IMG/VR virus record: IMGVR_UViG_2526164670_000014
Origin: a virus
Taxonomy: Duplodnaviria; Heunggongvirae; Uroviricota; Caudoviricetes
DNA length: 36,225 bases
Strand: one strand, 5' to 3'
In this document: positions 1-9,445 of the stretch, piece by piece
Layout of the letters: every line of letters starts with the position of its first letter
Position numbering within the stretch: position 1 is the stretch's first letter
Translations under genes and position numbers: made by a program
Notes under the pieces: model-generated
The model's database searches: none
The model's input: only the letters and a program-made list of their open reading frames with translations
Told to the model about the DNA's origin: nothing

Positions 1-1053
1 TTACGGGGTAATGCCAACCGCTGCCGCCACTTTGTCGCCACTTGGCAGCGTTGCCAGAGGATTGAAACGGAGCGCCGTTTCCAGATGATCCGGTGCCAGA
101 TGTGCGTAACGCATAGTCATTTTTATATCGTGGTGTCCGAGAATTTTTTGTAAGGCCAGAATGTTTCCACCCGACATCATGAAGTGCGCCGCAAACGTAT
201 GGCGCAGAACGTGTGTGAGTTGACCGCGAGGGAGCACGATAGACGTTTTTTCCATCACGGATAAAAATTGAAAATAGCAGTCTGTGAAGAAATTGAACCC
301 ATCAAGCGCCATGATCTCTTCGTAAAGCTCTTTACTGATAGGGATGCTTCTGTTTTTCTTCCCCTTCGTTCTTACAAAGGTAATTCGGTATTTGGTCACC
401 TGTGAACGAGTAAGATTTACGGCTTCTCGCCAGCGTGCGCCTGTGCTTAAGCATATCTTAACTACCAGTGCCAGAATTGGGTCCTGACGTTTGCAATCAG
501 CCAGTAATTCAACAATCTGCTCATGGGTAAGCCATGCCATCTCTTTTTCTGCAATGGTGAATTTTCGCATGTTCTCCAGTGGGTTCGGATACGACCATTC
601 GCCCAGGCGGGATAGTTCGCTAAAAACACTACTTAGATAGCTTTGCTCCAGGTTAATGGTGACCGGGCTTGCTCCTTTCTTCCATTTCTCGCTGAAGTAG
701 ATCTCACCTGTCAGGCGTTTATCTCGATAGTGGGCAAACATTTTAGAGGTTAGATCAGTTGCAAGGGGATTGCCCAGAGCGTCAACCATCAGCAGCAATT
801 TGTCATAGACATGCTGCCCAGCAGTCAGTGATTTACCATGTAGTTTGAACCATAGCTCAACCACGTCTTTCAGTGTTCGACGATCCACTGATTCACCTAG
901 CCAGGGCTTTGCTTCGGTTTCTTCCATCGTGTGACGCTCAAAAGCCAGTGCTTCGCCTTTGGTGGCGAATTGTTTACGCACACGACGCCCACTACGTCCG
1001 GCGGGGTAACATTCGCAAAGCCATTTTCCTGTGGTGAGTTTTCGTACAGCCAT
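1..1053 (-). CDS. int: Tyrosine-family phage integrase
   Basis: ORF track 1..1131; start placed at the ATG (MAVRKLTTGKW) at 1053, which has a GGAGG about 8 nt upstream. Motifs RHTFA and HHDIKMTMRYAH (catalytic Tyr region). Last about 13 codons are encoded by att core plus host flank. Confidence 0.9.
   Translation of the reverse strand: MAVRKLTTGKWLCECYPAGRSGRRVRKQFATKGEALAFERHTMEETEAKPWLGESVDRRTLKDVVELWFKLHGKSLTAGQHVYDKLLLMVDALGNPLATDLTSKMFAHYRDKRLTGEIYFSEKWKKGASPVTINLEQSYLSSVFSELSRLGEWSYPNPLENMRKFTIAEKEMAWLTHEQIVELLADCKRQDPILALVVKICLSTGARWREAVNLTRSQVTKYRITFVRTKGKKNRSIPISKELYEEIMALDGFNFFTDCYFQFLSVMEKTSIVLPRGQLTHVLRHTFAAHFMMSGGNILALQKILGHHDIKMTMRYAHLAPDHLETALRFNPLATLPSGDKVAAAVGITP
19..40. repeat. 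attL core (cgctgccgccaCtttgtcgcca)
   Basis: Direct repeat of 33371-33392 with a single C/T mismatch; flanking sequence diverges on both sides; lies within the 3' end of the integrase reading frame. Confidence 0.7.
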
Positions 1054-1448
1054 AAAAAATGCCCTCCAATAGAGAGCATTTTTACTGTATGTATAACCAG
1101 TGTCAATGTATGAAATCCTGCGACCATACATCTCACTGAAGCCATAATGAAGTAGGCTATTCTTTTTGCTATGTGATCATGTAACTTTTGCGGTTAACCT
1201 GTGGCTCATTTTTATTTTAGGCGCAGATATAAAAGCAAAAGTTATCGTGAGTTTTTAGTACAGATTTTTTTGGATTTACTAATAGTTCCATCATTGCAAA
1301 CGAATTTGCCATCAGAGGTACAGTGAGAAACACCTCCCTTTTTCCCTGAGCAGGGATAATTTCTAGCATAGGTAGCTAGTGGGTTTAATAACAAAGAACA
1401 TGACAAAACCACAAAAAATACCTTACCAAGCATAATTTCCTCCCGGTA

Positions 1449-2018
1449 TTATTTAACATACTTGACTGTTAAACTTATAATTTTACCAATTATTTCAATG
1501 TCTTCTATCTTACATTCGAAGGCTCTGTTTCCACCCTCGACGAAGATTCTTCCACCGGGTAAACGAGTAATGTCACGGATCGTTATTTCGCCATCAATAC
1601 TTATTACCCATTTACCATCACGTATATCATCAAATTCCTTATCACAAATAAATTCAGAATTATTATCTGTGATTACAAAAAGATTCTTGAATGCCGACGG
1701 TAGAAATTCTCTATCGAAAATATAAAAACCGTCTTCACACAAGGCCCCATCAGATAATACATATTTAGCAACTTCCATAGTATTTGTATTACCTGAAGTT
1801 TGCTTTGAACCATGCCCGGTTGTGAGCCAATTAAGCGAGGTGCCTGTTTCAAGGGCGCACTGGATTACCCATTCTGCTGGGAATGAGTCACGCATGTAGC
1901 GTGTGGCGAGTGTACTTTTAGAGATTCCTAAATGATCGCACAACGCCTGTCGAGTCTTGAATCCATAAGCTTCTACCATGCGCTCTATGGCGCCTCGTCC
2001 GCCTTTCTCCAAATTCAT
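1449..2018 (-). CDS. CI-type immunity repressor (186-like)
   Basis: Divergent from apl/cII, N-terminal HTH-like segment (GISKSTLATRYMRD); ATG at 2018 preceded by GGAG; position next to int as in P2/186. Confidence 0.75.
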   Translation of the reverse strand: MNLEKGGRGAIERMVEAYGFKTRQALCDHLGISKSTLATRYMRDSFPAEWVIQCALETGTSLNWLTTGHGSKQTSGNTNTMEVAKYVLSDGALCEDGFYIFDREFLPSAFKNLFVITDNNSEFICDKEFDDIRDGKWVISIDGEITIRDITRLPGGRIFVEGGNRAFECKIEDIEIIGKIISLTVKYVK

Positions 2019-2043
2019 GGTCACTCCAAGTGAACTTTTATCT

Positions 2044-2098
2044 TGACGATTTCACTGTGCGATCGTATGTTTGTGGTGTTCACAAAATACAAACGATC
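2044..2098 (+). promoter_or_regulatory. Lysis/lysogeny switch region: rightward promoter candidate overlapping a palindromic operator
   Basis: TTGACG (2044-2049), 16-nt spacer, TATGTT (2066-2071); overlapping dyad gatcgtatgtttgtgg..tgttcacaaaatacaaacgatc (2061-2098) with perfect core TTTGTG-N5-CACAAA. Confidence 0.45.
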
Positions 2099-2143
2099 CG
2101 TATTCGTCCTGATTAATCATCATTAAACGAGGAATGTTGCATC

Positions 2144-2365
2144 ATGAGACCTAACATTTCAATCACTCTTACCACGCCTCATGTGACTATTGAACGCTAT
2201 AGCGAGCTGACAGGGCTATCCATCGATACCATCAATGACATGTTGGCTGATGGACGCCTTATCCGTCACCGTCTGCGCAAAGATAAAAAACGCGAAAAAG
2301 TGATGATCAACATAGCAGCAATGACCGTTGATGCGCTTTCAGAATGCAATCTAAACCTTAATTAG
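2144..2365 (+). CDS. Apl/Cox-like small DNA-binding excisionase/regulator
   Basis: 73-aa basic protein, first gene of the rightward early operon opposite cI; GAGGA 9 nt upstream of the ATG. Confidence 0.6.
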   Translation: MRPNISITLTTPHVTIERYSELTGLSIDTINDMLADGRLIRHRLRKDKKREKVMINIAAMTVDALSECNLNLN

Positions 2366-2397
2366 TTCGATTCTGAAATACATCAGAGGCATTGACC

Positions 2398-2907
2398 ATG
2401 TTTGATTACCAAGTTTCCAAACATCCACATTTTGATGAAGCCTGTCGTGCATTTGCACTGCGCCACAATCTGGTGCAACTGGCAGAACGTGCAGGCATGA
2501 ATGTGCAGATTCTGCGGAACAAGCTGAACCCAGCTCAGCCTCATTTATTAACCGCACCAGAAATCTGGCTGCTTACCGATCTGACTGAAGATTCAACGCT
2601 GGTAGATGGTTTTCTGGCACAGATTCATTGTCTGCCATGTGTACCGATTAATGAGGTGGCAAAAGAGAAACTGCCACATTACGTCATGAGTGCAACCGCA
2701 GAGATCGGGCGTGTTGCTGCAGGTGCGGTGTCTGGCGATATAAAAACCTGTGCCGGTCGTCGTGATGCTATCAGCAGCATTAACTCTGTAACACGACTGA
2801 TGGCGCTGGCGGCTGTTTCATTGCAGGCCCGTTTACAGGCTAATCCTGCGATGGCGAGTGCAGTTGATACCGTGACTGGCCTCGGTGCTTCATTTGGTTT
2901 GCTGTGA
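2398..2907 (+). CDS. cII: CII-like lysogeny establishment activator (186 CII family)
   Basis: 169 aa from the ATG at 2398; N-terminal [20 protein letters not shown] and overall sequence recalled as close to phage 186 CII; position after apl. Confidence 0.75.
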   Translation: MFDYQVSKHPHFDEACRAFALRHNLVQLAERAGMNVQILRNKLNPAQPHLLTAPEIWLLTDLTEDSTLVDGFLAQIHCLPCVPINEVAKEKLPHYVMSATAEIGRVAAGAVSGDIKTCAGRRDAISSINSVTRLMALAAVSLQARLQANPAMASAVDTVTGLGASFGLL

Positions 2908-2914
2908 GGTGCTT

Positions 2915-3115
2915 ATGCTGACGAAAGAACCATCATTTGCATCGCTGCTGGTTAAACAAAGCCCGGCAATGCATTACGGTCACGGCTGGATCATGGGGGA
3001 GGATGGTAAACGCTGGCATCCGTGCCGTTCACAAGATGAATTGCTGGCAGAACTATCTACGAAAAAACGGGGGAACAAATGGCTATTGAAGGCGCTGCGG
3101 CGACTGTTCCATTAA
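2915..3115 (+). CDS. Fil-like small protein (putative host filamentation/cell-division inhibitor)
   Basis: 66-aa ORF immediately after cII as in phage 186; GAGG upstream of the ATG at 2915. Confidence 0.45.
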   Translation: MLTKEPSFASLLVKQSPAMHYGHGWIMGEDGKRWHPCRSQDELLAELSTKKRGNKWLLKALRRLFH

Positions 3116-3420
3116 GCCCAGGTGAACGCCTGAATGGACTTAATCATATTGCGGAATTAAGGGCGAAAGTATTTGGCCTGAATATTGAGTCAGAGCTTGA
3201 GCGGTTTATTAAAGATATACGTGATCCACGGGATGTTAATTATGAACGAAATAAACGGGCACTGGCTGCTATATTCTTTATAGCAAAAATTCCAGCTGAA
3301 CGTCATAGCATCAGCATTAATGAGCTGACCACTGACGAAAAGCGGGAGTTGATTAAAGTAATGAATCATCTTCGTGCAGTGGTGAGCTTATTTCCCAGAC
3401 GGCTAGCCATGCCGAATTAG
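3079..3420 (+). CDS. Hypothetical early-region protein
   Basis: 113-aa ORF in the early operon with a G-rich RBS; no motif recognised. Confidence 0.5.
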   Translation: MAIEGAAATVPLSPGERLNGLNHIAELRAKVFGLNIESELERFIKDIRDPRDVNYERNKRALAAIFFIAKIPAERHSISINELTTDEKRELIKVMNHLRAVVSLFPRRLAMPN

Positions 3421-3487
3421 CCAATTAATGAAATTCATGGCGTAAACCCGCCGGGCATTCCTTTATCTAAATTCAGGAGAATTGATT

Positions 3488-3721
3488 ATGCGTAATATTG
3501 AAACCCTCTCGACTAAAACCGGACCGGATGACGCAGGACTTAATATTTTACTGACAGAGGCTCGTCTGGAAGAACGTCGGGCAAGGGCTGAGGCAATGGC
3601 TGCCCGCCTTGATAGCCTTGCGTGTCATATTACATCCCGCCAGCTAAACCACGTCGAAGCAGCAGAACTGCTGCGTGTGACCTCTGAAGCAATCCAGAAC
3701 GAAGCGCAGGAGGTCCACTAA
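3488..3721 (+). CDS. Hypothetical early-region protein
   Basis: 77 aa from the ATG at 3488 with CAGGAG upstream; stop overlaps the next gene's start. Confidence 0.5.
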   Translation: MRNIETLSTKTGPDDAGLNILLTEARLEERRARAEAMAARLDSLACHITSRQLNHVEAAELLRVTSEAIQNEAQEVH

Positions 3722-3948
3722 TGGCTGATGCAATGGATCTCGTACAGCAGCGCGTTGAAGAAGAACGCCAGCGCCATATCCGTGCTGCCCGTGCCAAAAC
3801 GCCGGGCGTGTCCCGCGTGCTTTGCATTGAGTGTGAAGCGCCAATTCCGCCAGCACGCCGCCGCGCCATTCCGGGTGTGCAGCTTTGCATTACCTGTCAG
3901 GAAATCGCAGAGCTGAAAGGCAAACATTACAACGGAGGTGCTGTATGA
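3721..3948 (+). CDS. TraR/DksA-family C4 zinc-finger protein
   Basis: 75 aa with CIECEAPIP...LCITCQ (CxxC-N17-CxxC) characteristic of phage TraR-like proteins. Confidence 0.75.
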   Translation: MADAMDLVQQRVEEERQRHIRAARAKTPGVSRVLCIECEAPIPPARRRAIPGVQLCITCQEIAELKGKHYNGGAV

Positions 3949-4802
3949 GCACCATCCTGAAATGGGCGGGAAATAAAACCGCCATTATGTCCGAACTGAA
4001 AAAGCATCTTCCTGCTGGCCAGCGACTGGTTGAACCTTTCGCGGGTTCCTGTGCTGTGATGATGGAGACGGAGTACCCCAGCTATCTTGTTGCGGATATT
4101 AATCCTGATTTAATCAACCTCTATAAAAAGGTTGCTGCTGATTGTGAATCGTTTATATCTCGCGCCAGAGCTTTATTTGAGGAAGCAAACAGGGAGGTGG
4201 CTTATTACAACATAAGGCAGGAGTTTAATTACTCAACTGAAATTACTGATTTCATGAAAGCGGTATATTTCCTGTATCTCAATCGTCACGGTTACCGTGG
4301 TTTATGTCGCTATAACAAGAGCGGGCATTTCAACATTCCCTACGGTAATTATAAAAATCCGTATTTCCCTGAAAAAGAAATTCGCGCTTTTGCAGAAAAA
4401 GCCCAGCGAGCAACGTTTATCTGCGCCAGCTTTGATGAAACGTTGGCGGTGTTGAAGGCGGGGGATGTGGTGTATTGCGATCCGCCTTATGACGGTACGT
4501 TTTCCGGCTATCACGCTGACGGCTTCACTGAAGATGACCAGTATCACCTGGCATCCGTTCTTGAACATCGGTCATCAGAAGGACATCCGGTCATTGTTTC
4601 TAACAGTGACACATCCCTGATCCGTTCGCTGTATCGCAATTTTACTCACCACTATATCAAGGTAAAACGCAGCATCGGTGTGGCAGCTGGCGAGGGTAAA
4701 TCAGCAACAGAAATCATTGCTGTTTCCGGGCCGCGCTGCTGGGTGGGATTTGATTATTCGCGTGGCGTGGATAATTCTGCCGTGTACGGAGTACGTGCAT
4801 GA
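3945..4802 (+). CDS. dam: DNA N6-adenine methyltransferase (Dam-like, orphan)
   Basis: Motifs PFAGS (SAM binding) and DPPY (catalytic); GGAGG upstream of ATG 3945; no restriction-enzyme partner adjacent. Confidence 0.85.
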   Translation: MSTILKWAGNKTAIMSELKKHLPAGQRLVEPFAGSCAVMMETEYPSYLVADINPDLINLYKKVAADCESFISRARALFEEANREVAYYNIRQEFNYSTEITDFMKAVYFLYLNRHGYRGLCRYNKSGHFNIPYGNYKNPYFPEKEIRAFAEKAQRATFICASFDETLAVLKAGDVVYCDPPYDGTFSGYHADGFTEDDQYHLASVLEHRSSEGHPVIVSNSDTSLIRSLYRNFTHHYIKVKRSIGVAAGEGKSATEIIAVSGPRCWVGFDYSRGVDNSAVYGVRA

Positions 4803-7213
4803 GCCATGCCGATATGAACAACTGCTGCGGCTTTAACGAGGCTGCCGCATCGTTCTCATGGAACAGCCCGAAAAAGGCCATTAACCCTTATCTGGACCCG
4901 GCGGAAGTTGCGCCGGTTTCTACGCTTTCAAACCTGATCACTCTGTACGCTGCCGATAACGAGCAGGAACAGCTGCGCCGAGAGGCACTGAGTGATCAGG
5001 TCTGGGAGCGTTATTTCTTTAATGAATCCCGTGATCCTGTCCAGCGCGAAATGGAGCAGGATAAGCTCATTAGTCGGGCAAAGCTGGCGCATGAGCAGCA
5101 GCGTTTTAATCCGGATATGGTCATTCTGGCGGACGTCAACGCCCAGCCTTCCCATATCAGCAAGCCCCTGATGCAACGTATTGAATACTTCAGCAACCTG
5201 GGCAAGCCAAAGGCTTATTCCCGCTATTTACGTGAGACGATTAAGCCATGTCTGGAACGACTGGAGCATGTACGCGACAGCCAGCTATCTGCATCTTTTC
5301 GTTTTATGGCAAGCCATGAAGGGCTGGACGGCCTGTTTATCCTGCCTGAAATGAGTCAGGATCAGGTGAAGCGCCTGTCTACCCTTGTCGCTGCGCATAT
5401 GAGCATGTGCCTTGATGCCGCTTGTGGTGATTTGTATGCCACCGATGACGTTAAGCCAGAAGAAATCCGCAAGACATGGGAAAAGGTGGCAGCGGAAACC
5501 CTGCGTCTGGATGTTATCCCGCCTGCGTTTGAGCAACTCCGTCGGAAAAGAAACCGCCGTAAACCCGTGCCCTATGAACTCATTCCGGGTTCGCTGGCGC
5601 GTATGTTGTGCGCCGACTGGTGGTACCGGAAATTATGGAAGATGCGTTGCGAATGGCGGGAAGAGCAGTTGCGTGCTGTCTGCCTTGTCAGCAAAAAAGC
5701 ATCTCCCTATGTCAGCTATGAAGCCGTGCTGCATAAACGTGAGCAGCGCCGTAAGTCGCTGGAGTTTTTCCGTTCTCATGAACTGGTGAACGAAGACGGC
5801 GACACGCTGGACATGGAGGATGTGGTAAACGCCAGCAGCAGCAACCCTGCGCATCGCCGCAATGAGATGATGGCCTGTGTTAAAGGTCTGGAGCTTATCG
5901 CGGAAATGCGCGGTGACTGCGCCGTTTTCTACACCATCACCTGTCCGTCACGTTTCCATTCCACGCTAAATAACGGCAGGCCCAACCCGACCTGGACAAA
6001 TGCGACGGTAAGACAAAGCAGCGATTATCTGGTCGGTATGTTTGCTGCATTTCGTAAGGCGATGCACAAAGCCGGGTTGCGCTGGTATGGCGTGCGGGTG
6101 GCTGAGCCGCATCACGACGGCACAGTTCACTGGCACCTGTTGTGTTTCATGCGCAAAAAAGACCGCCGCGCCATTACTGCATTGTTGCGTAAGTTTGCTA
6201 TCCGTGAAGACCGCGAGGAGCTGGGCAATAACACGGGGCCGCGCTTTAAGTCTGAGCTGATTAACCCGCGCAAAGGAACGCCGACAAGCTACATAGCGAA
6301 ATACATCAGTAAGAACATTGACGGGCGTGGTCTGGCTGGCGAGATCAGCAAGGAAACGGGTAAATCTCTGCGTGATAACGCTGAATACGTGAATGCCTGG
6401 GCGTCTTTGCATCGTGTTCAGCAATTCCGCTTCTTTGGCATTCCGGGGCGTCAGGCTTACCGTGAACTGCGATTGCTGGCTGGTCAGGCGGCAAGGCAAC
6501 AGGGGGACAAAAAAGCAGGTGCGCCGGTACTGGATAACCCGCGCCTTGATGCCATCCTGGCTGCTGCTGATGCTGGTTGTTTTGCCACCTACATCATGAA
6601 GCAGGGCGGCGTACTGGTTCCCCGTAAATATCACCTCATCAGAACCGCTTATGAAATCAACGAAGAGCCGACCGCCTATGGCGATCACGGCATTCGTATT
6701 TATGGCATCTGGTCACCCATTGCAGAGGGCAAGATCTGCACTCATGCAGTGAAGTGGAAAATGGTTCGTAAAGCCGTTGACGTTCAGGAGGCGGCAGCCG
6801 ACCAGGGCGCTTGCGCCCCTTGGACTCGTGGCAATAACTGTCCCCTTGCTGAAAATTTGTACCAACAAGGGAAAGACAAATCAGCTGATGGGGATACCAG
6901 AACGGATATCATCCGTATGGATGACAAGGAGTTGCACGATTATCTGCACAGTATGAACAAAAAAGAGCGCCGAGAACTGGCTGCAAGGTTACGCCTGGTG
7001 AAACCGAAACGGCGTAGAGACTACAAACAGCGAATTACAGACCATCAACGACAGCAGCTCGTCTATGAACTGAAGTCCAGAGGATTTGATGGCAGCGAGA
7101 AAGAGGTCGATTTACTCCTTCGCGGCGGCAGCATTCCGTCAGGAGCAGGCCTGCGAATCTTCTATCGGAACCAGCGTTTGCAGGAAGATGATAAGTGGCG
7201 GAACCTGTATTAA
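4799..7213 (+). CDS. A: Rolling-circle replication initiator/endonuclease (P2 gpA family)
   Basis: 804 aa; HUH motif (TVHWHLL) and paired tyrosines YIAKYISK typical of gpA/phiX174-type Rep; start overlaps the dam stop. Confidence 0.85.
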   Translation: MSHADMNNCCGFNEAAASFSWNSPKKAINPYLDPAEVAPVSTLSNLITLYAADNEQEQLRREALSDQVWERYFFNESRDPVQREMEQDKLISRAKLAHEQQRFNPDMVILADVNAQPSHISKPLMQRIEYFSNLGKPKAYSRYLRETIKPCLERLEHVRDSQLSASFRFMASHEGLDGLFILPEMSQDQVKRLSTLVAAHMSMCLDAACGDLYATDDVKPEEIRKTWEKVAAETLRLDVIPPAFEQLRRKRNRRKPVPYELIPGSLARMLCADWWYRKLWKMRCEWREEQLRAVCLVSKKASPYVSYEAVLHKREQRRKSLEFFRSHELVNEDGDTLDMEDVVNASSSNPAHRRNEMMACVKGLELIAEMRGDCAVFYTITCPSRFHSTLNNGRPNPTWTNATVRQSSDYLVGMFAAFRKAMHKAGLRWYGVRVAEPHHDGTVHWHLLCFMRKKDRRAITALLRKFAIREDREELGNNTGPRFKSELINPRKGTPTSYIAKYISKNIDGRGLAGEISKETGKSLRDNAEYVNAWASLHRVQQFRFFGIPGRQAYRELRLLAGQAARQQGDKKAGAPVLDNPRLDAILAAADAGCFATYIMKQGGVLVPRKYHLIRTAYEINEEPTAYGDHGIRIYGIWSPIAEGKICTHAVKWKMVRKAVDVQEAAADQGACAPWTRGNNCPLAENLYQQGKDKSADGDTRTDIIRMDDKELHDYLHSMNKKERRELAARLRLVKPKRRRDYKQRITDHQRQQLVYELKSRGFDGSEKEVDLLLRGGSIPSGAGLRIFYRNQRLQEDDKWRNLY

Positions 7214-7307
7214 TTACGCGGGTTAACAATTCGTGCTCTTAATAATACCAGGCATATCAGGCTGATGAACGTAAAAAAACGTTTTACATCAGTAAGATTA
7301 TTATATA

Positions 7308-7323
7308 CTGTAAATATAAACAG
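7308..7323 (+). promoter_or_regulatory. LexA (SOS) box CTGT-N8-ACAG
   Basis: taCTGTaaatataaACAGtg, perfect half-sites with AT-rich spacer, 44 bp upstream of the tum-like start codon; TATACT -10-like hexamer overlaps it. Confidence 0.7.
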
Positions 7324-7366
7324 TGGTTATGCATACAGTATTGCTTGTGGTGTCATAGGAGGAAAA

Positions 7367-7555
7367 ATGCAGGACTATTTTTTGGAGTCTTTGAAGCTCC
7401 AACGCATTGATTTTTTTCTTAAGCTTGTAGCGGCTAGTGAGTGTAGTGATGAAGAGAAGGGGCTGGCTTTGCAGTGGGTTTCTGAACTAACAGATGAACT
7501 CATGGCAAAAATCAGAACCCACGAATACAACCGCTCAATGGATGTCATCAGTTGA
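7367..7555 (+). CDS. Tum-like small protein (putative SOS-induced antirepressor, N-terminal module)
   Basis: 62-aa ORF from the ATG at 7367 with AGGAGG RBS, just downstream of the LexA box; the ORF-track start at 7265 would place the LexA box inside the coding sequence, so it was rejected. Confidence 0.5.
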   Translation: MQDYFLESLKLQRIDFFLKLVAASECSDEEKGLALQWVSELTDELMAKIRTHEYNRSMDVIS

Positions 7556-7565
7556 GGTGACTTTT

Positions 7566-7799
7566 ATGCGCATTGAAATAATGATCGATAAAGAGCAGAA
7601 GATTAGCCAGTCTATCCTGGACGCCCTTGAATCCGAGCTTTACCGCAATCTGCGCCCCCTGTATCCAAAAACGGTAATTCGTATCCGCAAAGGTAGCTCT
7701 AACGGTGTGGAACTGACCGGACTGCAACTGGACGAAGAAAGGAAGCAAGTGATGAAAATTATGCAGAAGGTGTGGGAAGACGATAGCTGGCTGCATTAA
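7566..7799 (+). CDS. dinI: DinI-family protein
   Basis: 77 aa from the ATG at 7566; MRIEIMIDKEQ...LDALESEL...RIRKG...KVWEDDSWL resembles E. coli DinI in length and sequence. Confidence 0.8.
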   Translation: MRIEIMIDKEQKISQSILDALESELYRNLRPLYPKTVIRIRKGSSNGVELTGLQLDEERKQVMKIMQKVWEDDSWLH

Positions 7800-7807
7800 G
7801 AAACGTT

Positions 7808-7837
7808 GCCCCCAGTAGGGTTCATTCTGATGGGGGC
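7808..7837 (+). terminator. Putative hairpin terminator after dinI
   Basis: gccccca-N16-tgggggc stem-loop right after the dinI stop; weak T-tract (tagttt). Confidence 0.35.
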
Positions 7838-7973
7838 TAGTTTGAGCAACGAGTGAAACGAGGCGTTAGGTGGGAGGCCATTTTGATAAGTTATCACCCA
7901 CTTTATACCAATAACAGAACTGCGTAATAACTATTTACCTCGGGGGAAGATGTGAGCCATACAAATTTCAGTA

Positions 7974-9032
7974 TTAATTTTCAATTCCCTCCATTTTACA
8001 ATGAGTTTTTTCCCAGAACTGTAATACAACAGGACTAGCCCACTCTGGCATCAGTGCGTTATTTAAAAAACTGAAAACATCATGAGACGCATCAGCATTT
8101 TTTCTAAGGAATTTCCAGCCTTTTCTAGTATTTATCTCAACAATACCTAACCCACCATCATCAAACATATGCATCTTGAATTCAGGATTGTTTACACCTA
8201 GAGATTTTATTTCTTTTATGTATGGACTATCTTCATCCATAAATATTTTCTCTATGTGCTTAGCACAATGATATATTTTATTTCGATAAGTTGATACGCT
8301 CACAGCGGTACGCGCTGTTGTTATTCCCATTCCTAATGGGGCATATGCTTTTCCATCCATCACTACGGGCAGATTTATTCCATTTTTTCTTAAGTTTGCA
8401 ATATCTGAATCTGTAGTTGGATGAATACAAGCTAAGCCTGAAATACCTTTCATTTCAAATATTTCTGCTGCTTCTGGCCAGTTGCGTATGAATGTTTCTA
8501 CCAAATCTCTTTGAGAAAAAAGATTTGGTTCTATGTTTTTATCATGATGTTTTATATCAATAAAAAGCACAGCGTTTGAGTACACCTTCAGGAATAATAC
8601 CCACTCAGCACGATCTGAGTATTTTTTACTTGAACTTACTGGATTTAATGGCAGATGGAGGTGATGAATCCCCCAATCAGCCCATAGGTTATCCGTTCTT
8701 TTCGTCGCCTTTTTACCGCTTGTGTCATTGAATAATGTTAATGTTTTACTCTGATAAGGATTTACATCACCACCAGTAGTAAACAACATCTCGATTCTCT
8801 GCAATCCAACCCTTGCGCCATCGTGAATATTTCCAGGAAATCGATCTGATTTTAAAATTATTCGTTTTTGTGGAGCAATGTAGCGTAAAAGAAAATCACA
8901 CCACCTCAGTAGAGGATCGTGAAGATTTGAGTGCCCGGATTCATCATATAATAACCCAAATGCTTGAATTCCCTTCTCTGAAATTTCGTCAATATCTTTG
9001 ATTAGATCAATATTTTTTCGTGCGTCCAACAT
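7974..9032 (-). CDS. Uncharacterised 352-aa protein in AT-rich accessory island (candidate anti-phage/accessory gene)
   Basis: Long uninterrupted ORF, GGAG 5-8 nt upstream of the ATG; about 28% GC by hand count on one 60-nt line versus about 58% on a structural-gene line; no family recognised by eye. Confidence 0.7.
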   Translation of the reverse strand: MLDARKNIDLIKDIDEISEKGIQAFGLLYDESGHSNLHDPLLRWCDFLLRYIAPQKRIILKSDRFPGNIHDGARVGLQRIEMLFTTGGDVNPYQSKTLTLFNDTSGKKATKRTDNLWADWGIHHLHLPLNPVSSSKKYSDRAEWVLFLKVYSNAVLFIDIKHHDKNIEPNLFSQRDLVETFIRNWPEAAEIFEMKGISGLACIHPTTDSDIANLRKNGINLPVVMDGKAYAPLGMGITTARTAVSVSTYRNKIYHCAKHIEKIFMDEDSPYIKEIKSLGVNNPEFKMHMFDDGGLGIVEINTRKGWKFLRKNADASHDVFSFLNNALMPEWASPVVLQFWEKTHCKMEGIEN

Positions 9033-9426
9033 ACTAACTCCGTTTAAATATAATTTTTTAGTATTTCAGTTAATTAATATCTATACGCCGTTATAGCTGA
9101 ATTTTCCGGTGATTTCAGGGCACATTAACCAATTTAGATAATACTATAGTAATGGTTGGGCTGATTTTTCAAGAACAAAAGTAATTTTCAAGCTTTGTAA
9201 CATGTTGATTTTTCACTTTTCGCTCAAGCGGGCTTTCATCTTTGCAAGCCCATATGTTCGTTTTTCAAGCGATTATTCAGATACGTTAACTTCCCATGGC
9301 AGTGCATGACTATGCTGCATGAAATCGCATGATCGATCGAGGATCGTCTATGCTTAGACCAGCCAGAAATGGCGGGCTTTTGCTCATGTCATGCAGCTGC
9401 ATGAAAACCACTGCATAAAGTGGGCA

Positions 9427-9445
9427 GGCGTGGCGGGGATACGAG
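9427..9445. other. cos-like sequence (candidate cohesive-end site)
   Basis: GGCGTGGCGGGGA matches the first 13 nt of the 19-nt cohesive end as I recall it for phage 186 (GGCGTGGCGGGGAAAGCAT); lies in a GC-rich patch between the two island genes. Confidence 0.35.

Noticed and set aside
5966-6688. 240-aa ORF antisense inside replication gene A
   Set aside because: Entirely contained within a well-supported gene on the opposite strand; no RBS or recognisable motif; typical spurious antisense ORF.
7265-7366. Upstream extension of the tum-like ORF from the ORF-track start at 7265
   Set aside because: Would place the LexA box and the AGGAGG RBS inside the coding sequence; the ATG at 7367 with a proper RBS is the better start.
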